64,000 nucleotides of DNA, from NCBI GenBank assembly GCA_009781765.1, contig WQVC01000001.1, forward strand, positions 14,774-78,773. Reading direction: 5' to 3'. This document shows, one piece after another, positions 47,042 to 56,295 of this stretch (its first letter is position 1; each line of letters opens with the position of its first letter). The notes beneath the pieces are model-generated. The model searched no databases and was not told the origin of the DNA. It saw only the letters and a program-made list of their open reading frames with translations. Origin of the DNA: Defluviitaleaceae bacterium (GTDB lineage: Bacteria > Bacillota > Clostridia > Lachnospirales > WQUN01). The position numbers were made by a program, and so were the translations under genes.

Positions 47042-47165
47042 AGGTTTGTTTCGCTCTTTGGAATGGGAAAGACAACGATGGAATTCAACGAGCCTAAACC
47101 ATTGTACCTGCCGGAAGCAATGAGAGTTCCTCCGTCACGTCGTAGTTATATGTAGCCCCAAAAAA

Positions 47166-48086
47166 TCAGGGCGTCTTCAAATTTGCCAAATCATACGGCG
47201 TTTCCTGATATACATAGTAGTTGAGCCAGTTTGCGAAAAGCAAATGTGCATGAGCGCGCCACCGCATTTCGGGAGGATTGTTCGGGTCGTCGTCGCGATA
47301 GTAGTTGATTGGCGGGCGAACATCCAATCCCTTTTCCGTATCGCGGCGATATTCCGCATCAAGCGTGTTAATGTCGTATTCCGCATGGCCGACGATAAAA
47401 ACTTGGCGACGGTCTTTGCTTGCGGCAATGTACAATCCGGCGTGCGACGACGTTGAAAGCGACGAAAGCCCCGCCGCGATAATATCTTTTTCGCGCACAC
47501 CGGTGTATCGCGAGTGCGGCGCGAAAAAAGGATTATCAAAGCCTCGAGTCAGGCGGCTTGTGGGAATAAGTACATTGTGGCGATAAACGCCGGACAACTT
47601 TTCCGGCAGAACATATTTATCCACTCCGTAATGATAAAAAAGCCCCGCCTGCGCCCCCCAACAAATATGAAAAGTGCTGTAAACATGCGTTTTCGACCAC
47701 TCCATAACGCGGCAAAGTTCGTCCCAATAGTCAACCTCTTTGAAGTCCAACAGCTCGACCGGCGCACCCGTTATAATAAGTCCGTCGAGAACGGTTTCCC
47801 GGATGTCGTCGAAAGTATGGTAAAACTCCTCAAGATGCTCACGCGACGTATTTTTCGAAACATGCGACGACATTTGAATCAACACCGGTTCAACCTGAAG
47901 CGGCGTGTTTGAAAGCATTCGCAAAAGCTGCGTTTCCGTTTCGATTTTTTTCGGCATAAGATTAACGATACCGATTTTCAGCGGACGAATATCCTGTTCT
48001 TTTGCGCGCTGCTCCGTCATCACAAAAATATTTTCAGAACCCAACGTTCGCGTGGCGGGCAAACTCGCCGGCATTTTTACAGGCAT
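47166..48086 (-). CDS. metA: homoserine O-acyltransferase (MetA family)
   Basis: MPVKMPASLPA N-terminus, RPLKIGIVNLMPKK, and FHICWGAQA. Confidence 0.92.
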   Translation of the reverse strand: MPVKMPASLPATRTLGSENIFVMTEQRAKEQDIRPLKIGIVNLMPKKIETETQLLRMLSNTPLQVEPVLIQMSSHVSKNTSREHLEEFYHTFDDIRETVLDGLIITGAPVELLDFKEVDYWDELCRVMEWSKTHVYSTFHICWGAQAGLFYHYGVDKYVLPEKLSGVYRHNVLIPTSRLTRGFDNPFFAPHSRYTGVREKDIIAAGLSSLSTSSHAGLYIAASKDRRQVFIVGHAEYDINTLDAEYRRDTEKGLDVRPPINYYRDDDPNNPPEMRWRAHAHLLFANWLNYYVYQETPYDLANLKTP

Positions 48087-48113
48087 AATTATTTTCCTTT
48101 CTCGTTATACTGT

Positions 48114-48258
48114 TGGGGGGGCTTCGCCCCCAAACCCCCACGAACTTTTTGAAAAAAGTTCGACAAAAACTTTATTAAAAAACGCGCTTTGCGCGTTTTT
48201 TATTTAAGTTTTGATGAAACTTTTTCAAAAGTTTCCGGGGTGCGGGGCGGAGCCCCGC
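48114..48258. repeat. family A palindromic element, copy A10 (intergenic)
   Basis: GGGGGGGCTTCGCCCCC, CGAACTTTTTGAAAAAAGTTCG, AACGCGCTTTGCGCGTT, GAAACTTTTTCAAAAGTTTC, GCGGGGCGGAGCCCCGC. Confidence 0.9.
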
Positions 48259-48279
48259 GATTTTTATTTTATCTGAACA

Positions 48280-50748
48280 TTAACTCCACTTTGTTTTGAA
48301 CGAAACCTTGCCGTCAATTATGTCACCGCGAACCTTATCGCCCTCGCGGAAGCGACCTTCGAGAATTGCTTCGGCGAGTTCATCTTCGACTTTCGTTTGA
48401 ATCGCGCGACGAAGCGGGCGCGCGCCGTAGCTTTGGTCATAACCTTCGCGTGCGATAAATTCGACAAGTTCGTCGGTGTAAATGAGGTCGATGTCCATGT
48501 TTTTGCGAATGCGCTCGGCGGTTTCCGTGAGCATGAGGCGTGTGATTTGCTGTACGTCTTCGTCGGAAAGCGGGTGGAACACGATTATGTCGTCGATGCG
48601 GTTGATAAACTCCGGGCGGAAAATATTTTTGACTTCCTCCATGACGAGCTTTTTCATGTCGTCATAATCGCGTTCTTTGTCGTCGTTGCCGACGAAGCCG
48701 AGTTTTTTCGGGTTGACGATGGAACGCGCACCGGCGTTCGATGTCATAATTATTACGGAATTTTTGAAACTGATTTTGCGCCCCTGCGAGTCGGTGACGT
48801 GGCCGTCGTCGAGAACTTGCAGGAGAATGTTAAATACGTCGGGGTGGGCTTTTTCGATTTCGTCGAAAAGGATGACAGAGTACGGCTTGCGACGAACGCG
48901 CTCGGAAAGTTGACCGCCTTCGTCGTAGCCGACATATCCGGGAGGCGAGCCGATGAGTTTTGAAGCGTTGTGTTTTTCCATGTACTCGGACATGTCTACG
49001 CGGATGATTGCATTTTCGTCGCCGAATAAAATTTCCGCAAGGGCGCGGCAAAGATGCGTTTTTCCGACACCGGTAGGCCCGAGAAACAAAAACGAGCCGA
49101 TGGGACGATTGGGGCTTTTAAGCCCTACGCGCCCGCGCCGGATTGCTTTCGAAACGGTTTTGACCGCGGCATCCTGCCCGATAACGCGCTTGTGAATCGT
49201 GTCTTCCATTTTCATAAGGCGCGCGGATTCTTCCTGCTGCATTTTTTTTACGGGAATGCCCGTTGTTGCCGCCAAAACGTCAGCGATTTCGTCGCCGTTT
49301 ACAATGTGGTGCGATTTTGTGTGGGTATCTTTCCAGTCTTTTTCTTCTTTTTCGAGGCGTTCCTTGAGGGCGGATTGACGCTGTTTTAAAATTCCCGCCA
49401 TTTCAAACGCTTCGGATTTGATGGCTTCTTCTTTTTCGGCTTCAAGCTCGTTAATTTGTTCGTTGAGATGTTTGATATTCGGCGGGGCGGTGTACGAACG
49501 CAGGCGCACTTTCGAGGCGGTTTCGTCCAGAAGGTCGATTGCTTTGTCGGGCAAAAATCGGTCGGAGATGTAGCGCGAACTTAATTGCACCGCCGCAATA
49601 ACGGCATCGTCGGTGATTTGTACGTTGTGGTGCGCTTCGTATTTATCGCGAATGCCCTTGAGAATTTCGATGGCTTCTTCCTCGGTGGGTTCGTCGATTA
49701 AAACGGGTTGGAAGCGGCGTTCGAGGGCGGCGTCTTTTTCGATGTGCTTGCGGTATTCGTCAAGCGTCGTCGCGCCGATTACCTGCATTTCTCCGCGAGC
49801 AAGAGCGGGCTTGAGAATATTCGCCGCGTCAAGCGCACCCTCCGCGCCGCCCGCGCCGATAAGCGTGTGAAGCTCGTCGATGAAGAGAATCACGTTTGTG
49901 TTTGTTCGGACTTCCTGCATGACTTTTTTGATGCGCTCTTCGAACTCGCCGCGATATTTCGTGCCGGCAACCATGCCGGATAAATCAAGCCCGATTACGC
50001 GCTTATCCTTGACGGGCTCGGGGACGTCGCCGGATACAATGCGCTGTGCAAGCCCTTCGGCGATTGCAGTTTTTCCGACGCCGGGGTCGCCGACGAGGCA
50101 GGGATTATTTTTTGTGCGGCGGGATAAAATTTGTATGACGCGCTCGGTTTCTTTTGCGCGACCGACAATCGGGTCGAAGTGACTTTCTTTTGCCATTTTG
50201 GTAAAGTCGCGCGAAAACTTGTCCAGCACAGGCGTGGTTGATTTTGCGTTTTTCGTGCCGCTGCCGGGGCTGATTGGAAACGGAAACGGCGGCATTCCGT
50301 GTTGATTCGCCTCGCCGAGCATTTGCATAATATCATCGAACATTTTTTGCGGATTTGCATTCAACGCCGTTAAAATTGTGTGCGAAAGCGAGTCGGTTTC
50401 TTTTAACAGCGCGATTAAGAGATGTTCCGTGCCGACATAATTTGTTTTCATGCGCAGAGCTTCCTGATGGCTGTTTGCGATTACGCGCTTTAAACGCGGC
50501 GTAAGGTCAACAAGTCCGCTTCCCACCGTCGGCGGTGAACCCGTGTTTCCGACACGCTCAAGTTCTTTCATTATATCTTCCGCCGTTACGCCCTGCATTT
50601 CAAGTGCTTTTGACGCAACGCTGTTTTCCACACGAGCAAGCCCCAGTAATAAATGTTCTGTTCCGCCGTGGGAAACGCCTGTTTCTTTCGCCGCGTTTTG
50701 CGCGTGTTGAATTGCAAGTTTGGCTTTTTCAGTAAAAGGCCCCTTCAT
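48280..50748 (-). CDS. clpC: ATP-dependent Clp protease ATP-binding subunit ClpC
   Basis: 822 aa. Clp N-domain repeats, two AAA+ modules ([16 protein letters not shown]), and a UVR-like linker. Confidence 0.93.
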   Translation of the reverse strand: MKGPFTEKAKLAIQHAQNAAKETGVSHGGTEHLLLGLARVENSVASKALEMQGVTAEDIMKELERVGNTGSPPTVGSGLVDLTPRLKRVIANSHQEALRMKTNYVGTEHLLIALLKETDSLSHTILTALNANPQKMFDDIMQMLGEANQHGMPPFPFPISPGSGTKNAKSTTPVLDKFSRDFTKMAKESHFDPIVGRAKETERVIQILSRRTKNNPCLVGDPGVGKTAIAEGLAQRIVSGDVPEPVKDKRVIGLDLSGMVAGTKYRGEFEERIKKVMQEVRTNTNVILFIDELHTLIGAGGAEGALDAANILKPALARGEMQVIGATTLDEYRKHIEKDAALERRFQPVLIDEPTEEEAIEILKGIRDKYEAHHNVQITDDAVIAAVQLSSRYISDRFLPDKAIDLLDETASKVRLRSYTAPPNIKHLNEQINELEAEKEEAIKSEAFEMAGILKQRQSALKERLEKEEKDWKDTHTKSHHIVNGDEIADVLAATTGIPVKKMQQEESARLMKMEDTIHKRVIGQDAAVKTVSKAIRRGRVGLKSPNRPIGSFLFLGPTGVGKTHLCRALAEILFGDENAIIRVDMSEYMEKHNASKLIGSPPGYVGYDEGGQLSERVRRKPYSVILFDEIEKAHPDVFNILLQVLDDGHVTDSQGRKISFKNSVIIMTSNAGARSIVNPKKLGFVGNDDKERDYDDMKKLVMEEVKNIFRPEFINRIDDIIVFHPLSDEDVQQITRLMLTETAERIRKNMDIDLIYTDELVEFIAREGYDQSYGARPLRRAIQTKVEDELAEAILEGRFREGDKVRGDIIDGKVSFKTKWS

Positions 50749-50849
50749 TTTTTTCGCCCCTCTTTATATAAGTATGCATAGATTCTTACCGGATTTTATG
50801 TGATGTAAAACAGTTTATGAGTTTGATATGTTAATGTCAAACAACAGCA

Positions 50850-50986
50850 GGGCTTTGCCCCGCACCCCACGAACTTTTTTGGAAAAAAGTTCGACAAAAA
50901 ACTCAAAAATCGCGCATTGCGCGATTTTAATTAAAGTTTTTGCCCCGCTTTTTTCAAAAAGCGGGTGGGGTTTGGGGCGAAGCCCC
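50850..50986. repeat. family A palindromic element, copy A11 (intergenic)
   Basis: GGGCTTTGCCCC, CGAACTTTTTTGGAAAAAAGTTCG, AATCGCGCATTGCGCGATT, CCCGCTTTTTTCAAAAAGCGGG, GGGGCGAAGCCCC. Confidence 0.9.
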
Positions 50987-51056
50987 GAAAGTTGTAGTGT
51001 AATGAAATCGCCGGTCGTACGTATACCCTTATGAAAACCTTTGCAAGGGGAAGAAA

Positions 51057-51557
51057 ATGAGTGCTGAAATTCTCGACGCGCTGTATCGTGCGCATTATAA
51101 AAACGTGTACAACTACATTTGCTTTCGCATAAATAACCATTTCGATGCGGAAGATTTGGCGTGTACGGTTTTTGAAAAAGCAATGCGTTCGCGGTACGAT
51201 GCGGCGCGACCCGGCGAAGCGTGGCTGATTGCGATTGCAAAAAACGCAGTAAACGATTACTTACGTGCGCGCGGTCGGCGGAGCTTTGTTGGGCTTGATG
51301 CGATTTTCAGCCTTGTTTCCGAAAAAAAACAACCTGACGAGGTTGTTGTGCAAAACGAACAAAATCATGCGTTAATCGCCGCAATGTCGCGCCTCAAAGA
51401 CCGCGAGCGGCAAATTCTTTCCCTAAAATTCGCAACCGACCTTAAACATGACGAAATCGCAAAAATTATGCACATAAGTTCGTCGAATGTCGGCGCGATT
51501 GTTCACAGGGCGTTGAAGAAATTAAAAAATTTTTTGGAGGATGACGATGGACGATAA
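51057..51557 (+). CDS. ECF-type RNA polymerase sigma factor
   Basis: 166 aa. Region 2 (YNYICFRI..DAEDLACTVFEKA) and region 4 (ERQILSLKF..HDEIAKIMHISSSNVGAIVHRALKKL). Confidence 0.85.
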   Translation: MSAEILDALYRAHYKNVYNYICFRINNHFDAEDLACTVFEKAMRSRYDAARPGEAWLIAIAKNAVNDYLRARGRRSFVGLDAIFSLVSEKKQPDEVVVQNEQNHALIAAMSRLKDRERQILSLKFATDLKHDEIAKIMHISSSNVGAIVHRALKKLKNFLEDDDGR

Positions 51558-52299
51558 GAATTTGCTGATTAAGTATCGAAGCATCGACTTTTCGGCGGAA
51601 AGCAAAAACCGCGAAAAAAATTTGGAGCTTTTAAAATCAAAACTTGAGAATGGAGAAACCAAAATGAAAAATTTTAAAAAACCCGTCGCGATTATCGCGG
51701 CAGTTGTTGCAATTTTATTGCTGTCGGTGGGTGCGCTTGCCGCCGGGCCTGCTGTTTGGCGGCAGATTGAAACCCGCGTTATTGAAGGAAACGGCGATTT
51801 CGGCATGTGGGTGCTTGAAAACGGCGACGCATCAACGGCAATTTCGGTTTCGGTATTTGAAATGGGCGACGAATGTTTGGTTGTTGAAATCGACGGCGAA
51901 GAGCATCGGATTTCCGACATCGAAAACCGTACATTTGAGAACCTCGACGAAGCCTTGGCTCATTTTGCCGCGCCGGTGCTTCTTCCGGCAGACCTCGAAT
52001 TTGTCAATGCGTCCGTAAGCCTCAGCCCGCTTGTTAATCCCGACGGCGACCGTGCGCACGTTATGCATTTTCTGTTTAATGGCGACGCCGGCTTGATTTC
52101 GCTTCAACTCAGCTATATACCGCCGAGACACGCAATGCCCGGCGAAACGAGTTTCGAAGAAACAAAAATTTTCGGCGACTCTACCGTTACCGTAAGCGGA
52201 CTTTCGCGCAATATCGGCAGGGTTATGTACTTTTTCTCGTCCTCCGATGCTGATTATGCCGCATTGGAACGAATCGCGGAGTCGCTCACCGCGAACTGA
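51541..52299 (+). CDS. putative anti-sigma factor (single-pass membrane protein)
   Basis: Overlaps the sigma gene by 17 nt. One TM (VAIIAAVVAILLLSVGALAAG) and an extracytoplasmic domain. Confidence 0.6.
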   Translation: MTMDDKNLLIKYRSIDFSAESKNREKNLELLKSKLENGETKMKNFKKPVAIIAAVVAILLLSVGALAAGPAVWRQIETRVIEGNGDFGMWVLENGDASTAISVSVFEMGDECLVVEIDGEEHRISDIENRTFENLDEALAHFAAPVLLPADLEFVNASVSLSPLVNPDGDRAHVMHFLFNGDAGLISLQLSYIPPRHAMPGETSFEETKIFGDSTVTVSGLSRNIGRVMYFFSSSDADYAALERIAESLTAN

Positions 52300-52321
52300 T
52301 ATTGCCGTTTTATAAACTGTG

Positions 52322-52427
52322 CGGAAAATTTGCGTACATGCATTGTAGTGCGCGGCCGGTTGTTTTCGGGCGATTTTCCCGAAAACGACATCGAGCGCAC
52401 TGCTTACAATGCATAGCAAATTTTCCG
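52322..52427. repeat. family D long palindromic element, copy D2
   Basis: CGGAAAATTTGCGTACATGCATTGTAGTGCGC..GCGCACTGCTTACAATGCATAGCAAATTTTCCG. The core is shared with D1. Confidence 0.75.
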
Positions 52428-52571
52428 TACCGAATTAAAAACTGCTATATTGCGAATCCGCAGGTTTACTCGGCAATCGGCGCAGTCAAAAAATGCCACG
52501 CCTTTGCTGCAACAAAAAAACCCTATCGGTAGCCAACCGATAGGGTTTTTTATTCTACCGAAAATTCAATC

Positions 52572-52589
52572 CGGCTTCGAGGGAGTGCG
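52572..52589. repeat. family E motif copy (intergenic)
   Basis: CGGCTTCGAGGGAGTGCG. Confidence 0.5.
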
Positions 52590-52629
52590 TCGCCGCCGAT
52601 ATGCGTCCCCGGCGTCCGTCCCCGGCGCC

Positions 52630-53976
52630 CTAAGGGGCGTTCACCGCGCCGGTGAATAAAACCTGCCGTCCGCCGTCGGCGGTGTGGCTGTGCAGAACAA
52701 AAACAAACGGGCGGTTACATATCATTTCGAAAGTAATTTCCGGCGGAACGGGCATCGCACTGCCGCCCACCGCAAGCATTGTAACAGCGGCGGCGGTAAC
52801 GCCTTCTTCGTCAACTTCAATTGTGGCGATTTGCACAGCATCAAAAAGCCACAGCGGCACATCTTCTTCGATAATTCCGCCGGTCAACGGCGCGGAATCG
52901 CTGTCGAACAGCGGAACGCCCAAAGAAACAAGCGCGTCGGTGAGGTCGATGGTTGTTTCTTCGACGGTAAAACGCGGCAGTAAAAGTCTGCCTTCGGCAA
53001 GAACGGCGTCGTCGTGCATACGGTTGAAATATTCGTGCGTCATGGATGCGAGCAACCCTACGGCATCGCCGTCTTTAGGCAGAATAATTGTCATGCCGCT
53101 TCCGCCGTCGAAGGGAAGAGTCAACGCCTGTACACGTTCATCCTCGAAATAATTTGTGGGGCGACCGCGCCATTCTGTTTCCATAAAATACGCGAAGCGT
53201 TCGCCGGAAGGGGAATAAAAAATATCTCGCCGAGTTCTCGCCGGGTTAAATTGTTGCGACCATCTGCCGGAAAAAAATATTGCGTTCGCAATAGCGACCT
53301 CTGTGTCGGGGTGAAAATCCTGAACGATTTCGGGGATTAACCCCTGTGTGTTATTGCTTGCCCACCGATTTATTTCGTTTACGGCGGAAGGATTTTGAAA
53401 ATCCACTCGCAACATCTCGCCGCGAAAATAATCCGCAAAAGTTTGGGCAAAATCCGGGCGAATGGTGCTGTTGCGATTAACGAAAACCGCATTTGCGATA
53501 TGTACGGGCGCGCGGCGGTCTTCCGTCTCATGGGTCAAATTAAAAAGCATTCGCGACGCGGCGCGGTTTACGTCTTCGGGGGAAATTCCGCTTGCGCCCA
53601 ATGCGTCGGAAAGCGCGGATTGATGCGCTTCGTCGGTGGCGTTCAGCAACGCCGCAAGGGGCATCCAAACAGAATACGGCGACACAATGAAATTATTGAT
53701 TTCCGGCGCGATTTCCTGCACAAGAGCCGCACTTAACCGGAACGCAAAATCGTTTGCGCCGTGAGCCGCTTGATGCGCGGCAATATCCGGCTCATCCCAA
53801 CGGGGTGCGATGAGGGGCGCAACGGCGTTCGTTTGATGTACGGAAATTGCGGTAAACGACGGCGCACACGCGACGAGAAAAAGCAAAAAAAACGCCGTCA
53901 ACAGGCTTATTCGGCAAGCCGCTGACCGCGCTTCGAAAATTCCTGAACAATGCAGAAATTTCAGTAATTTTTTCAT
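52630..53976 (-). CDS. serpin family protein, probable lipoprotein
   Basis: Hinge/RCL region EEGVTAAAVTMLAVGGSAMP followed by NRPFVFVL. N-terminal lipobox LVAC. I moved the start to the ATG at 53976, which overlaps the mcsB stop. Confidence 0.8.
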   Translation of the reverse strand: MKKLLKFLHCSGIFEARSAACRISLLTAFFLLFLVACAPSFTAISVHQTNAVAPLIAPRWDEPDIAAHQAAHGANDFAFRLSAALVQEIAPEINNFIVSPYSVWMPLAALLNATDEAHQSALSDALGASGISPEDVNRAASRMLFNLTHETEDRRAPVHIANAVFVNRNSTIRPDFAQTFADYFRGEMLRVDFQNPSAVNEINRWASNNTQGLIPEIVQDFHPDTEVAIANAIFFSGRWSQQFNPARTRRDIFYSPSGERFAYFMETEWRGRPTNYFEDERVQALTLPFDGGSGMTIILPKDGDAVGLLASMTHEYFNRMHDDAVLAEGRLLLPRFTVEETTIDLTDALVSLGVPLFDSDSAPLTGGIIEEDVPLWLFDAVQIATIEVDEEGVTAAAVTMLAVGGSAMPVPPEITFEMICNRPFVFVLHSHTADGGRQVLFTGAVNAP

Positions 53977-55001
53977 GCAAAAATCCCCCTTAAATAATCT
54001 GCACGAATCATGTCGCGTTGCATTTCGTTCAAATTCTCGCCGTGCGTGCGTTGCAGATGCGCGGGCTGAATTTCCATCATAATTTGATAAATTTGTTTTT
54101 GCAGGCGGGGCATGTCCGACAAGGCGGATATGCAGCCGAGGCGGATGTCGGAGAGCAGATTCATCGCTTCGGAGGCGGAAATAAGGCGGCAATTTGCCAA
54201 AATTCCATAGGCGCGATATACGATGTCTTCGAGGTGGCGACGGTTCGCGCTCAATAATTTTTGTCGTTCGCAGCGTTCTTGCGAAATTACGTTTTGCGTA
54301 ACGCTTTTTAACCCGGCGATTATATCCGACTCGGATTTACCCAACGTATTTTGATTCGAAATTTGATAAATGCTGCCCATCGGAGCAGTACCCTCGCCGT
54401 AAATTCCCCTGATTGCCACGCCGAATTTTCCGAAATTCGAAAACGAGTGGCTTGATATATTCGCGCCGACGCGGCTCAAACAAGGCAGATGTACCATGTA
54501 CGATGCCCGCAAGCCGGTACCCGTGTTTGTAAGGCAGGCGGTTAAATAGCCGTATTCCGTGTCGAACGCAAATTCGACGCGCTCCTCGATTAAGTCGTCG
54601 ATTTGCGACGCCGTTTCAAACGCGCGGTTCAGGTCGTCGCCCGGTTTTACGGACTGGATTCGCACATGGTCTTCTTCATTTAACATGACGCTGATGTTTT
54701 GGTCGTCGCTGATTAACAAGCCCTTGGGCAGGTTGCCGCCCAAAAATTCGGGGCTTACGATATGCTTTTCCATAAAAACCTTCTGCTCGGTTTCGCTGAA
54801 ATTGCCGATGTCAACGCGGCGAAAATATTTTCCGCCGGGGGTTACGGATTCGGCGGCTTCTTCGACCATTGCCGCCGCGTCTTGTTGGGTAAGTTTAAGG
54901 CGAAACGGATATTTTTTTATATTTCGCGCAAGACGAACCCTCGACGAAAGAATTTCTCCTTCGTCGGTGACCGGCTCTTGATACCAGGGCGTGTTATTCA
55001 T
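53973..55001 (-). CDS. mcsB: protein arginine kinase
   Basis: ATP:guanido phosphotransferase motifs (LNEEDHVRIQ, TNTGTGLRAS). Confidence 0.88.
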   Translation of the reverse strand: MNNTPWYQEPVTDEGEILSSRVRLARNIKKYPFRLKLTQQDAAAMVEEAAESVTPGGKYFRRVDIGNFSETEQKVFMEKHIVSPEFLGGNLPKGLLISDDQNISVMLNEEDHVRIQSVKPGDDLNRAFETASQIDDLIEERVEFAFDTEYGYLTACLTNTGTGLRASYMVHLPCLSRVGANISSHSFSNFGKFGVAIRGIYGEGTAPMGSIYQISNQNTLGKSESDIIAGLKSVTQNVISQERCERQKLLSANRRHLEDIVYRAYGILANCRLISASEAMNLLSDIRLGCISALSDMPRLQKQIYQIMMEIQPAHLQRTHGENLNEMQRDMIRADYLRGIFA

Positions 55002-55534
55002 GGCTGAACCTCCGTGCTTTTATCGAGTGCGCGAATTTCGTCGCGAAGACGCGCCGCTTCTTCGAAGTCTTCGAGTTCGACGGCGTTTTTCAGCTTTCCG
55101 CGCAGGTCGGATACCTGACGCCGGCTTAAAATTCCCGCGCCCGTACGACGCGGATATTTGCCTTCGTGGCGCGTACTGCCCTGCATTGTTCGCAGCAACA
55201 CCTCGACCTCAACCGCAAATGATTTGTAACATGCATCGCAACCGAGCCGCCCGCCGCCGGTTTTAAATTTTCGAAACGTCATGCCGCACCGCGAACAGGC
55301 TTTTACCGGCAGGCTTGACGGGCGTTGCTTGTTTACCGCGCCGCCGGGCGGAAGATATTGCGGATTAACATGGTCCATAAGACTCTTAAATATATTTTCG
55401 AGCGAGAAAAGTATGTCCGAACTTTCGGCTTTAAACGCGCAATCCTGACATAAGTGCAGCTCAACCTTTTGACCGTTCATAAACTGTTGCATATGCACCG
55501 ATGCGGCATTCGTGTTGCATTTTTGACAAAGCAT
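54998..55534 (-). CDS. mcsA: McsA (zinc-finger/UVR-motif activator of McsB)
   Basis: CQKC..CQDC and CSRC..CDAC cysteine pairs, plus a C-terminal UVR motif EDFEEAARLRDEIRAL. Its stop overlaps the mcsB start. Confidence 0.85.
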   Translation of the reverse strand: MLCQKCNTNAASVHMQQFMNGQKVELHLCQDCAFKAESSDILFSLENIFKSLMDHVNPQYLPPGGAVNKQRPSSLPVKACSRCGMTFRKFKTGGGRLGCDACYKSFAVEVEVLLRTMQGSTRHEGKYPRRTGAGILSRRQVSDLRGKLKNAVELEDFEEAARLRDEIRALDKSTEVQP

Positions 55535-55732
55535 AAGAAAATTCCCTTCTGATACGGAATCAAGTTGCTTAGCGATTATTCGCGTTAGGATACCACAATT
55601 GCGTTTCGAAAATCAATTTTCAATAATCGCCGCAGCGCAGTTTCAAAAAAGCAAACGTGAAAAGATTCTGAAATGTCCGCTTGAAATTCACGGCGGGGAA
55701 GGTTAAAATTTTCAAAAAAAAGGGAGGATAAA

Positions 55733-56269
55733 ATGGATATTTTTAAGGCTTTTGAAGAGAGATATTCGCACAAGGAAGGTTTTTTGCCCGCACCTGTACC
55801 GATTGAGGATTTGGAAAAAATTGCGCGCGCGGGTCTTGCTGCGCCGAGCGGGGTGAATCGGCAAAGCGTGCGGCTTATAATTTTGCCGAACCGCGAGGCA
55901 ATTGCACCGGTTTGTGCTGTTTCGTCGGCAATCGGGCTTGAAACCGCGCCGGCGGCAATCGCCGTATTAACCGACAAAACAGTTACGCCGTCGGGTGAGT
56001 TTAATTTTGAAAAAGAGGACTATGCCGCCGCCGTCGGAAACATGTTGCTTGCGGCAACCGCGATGGGGTATTCGTCGCTTTGGCTCGACAGCCCGTATTT
56101 CGACGCAAAAAAAGAAGCCGCCGCCCGCGCCGTACTCGGAGCATCGGAAACAATGAAATTATGGGCTGTGTTGCCGGTAGGCAAGCCGGACGGAACCGGT
56201 TCGCGGCGCGAAAAATTGCCGTTTGACGCGCGGGTTTCTTATGTAAAATTCGGGGCGGCGAAGGAATAA
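55733..56269 (+). CDS. nitroreductase family protein
   Basis: RYSHKEGF.., APSGVNRQ motif. 178 aa. Confidence 0.75.
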   Translation: MDIFKAFEERYSHKEGFLPAPVPIEDLEKIARAGLAAPSGVNRQSVRLIILPNREAIAPVCAVSSAIGLETAPAAIAVLTDKTVTPSGEFNFEKEDYAAAVGNMLLAATAMGYSSLWLDSPYFDAKKEAAARAVLGASETMKLWAVLPVGKPDGTGSRREKLPFDARVSYVKFGAAKE

Positions 56270-56295
56270 CGAAAAAAAACCCCGCAGACTTTAAT

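Noticed and set aside
55535-55732. Search for a CtsR operator (GGTCAAA direct repeats) or a small ctsR gene upstream of mcsA.
   Set aside because: No such repeat and no ORF are visible by eye. I report the absence as an observation only, not as proof that CtsR control is missing.
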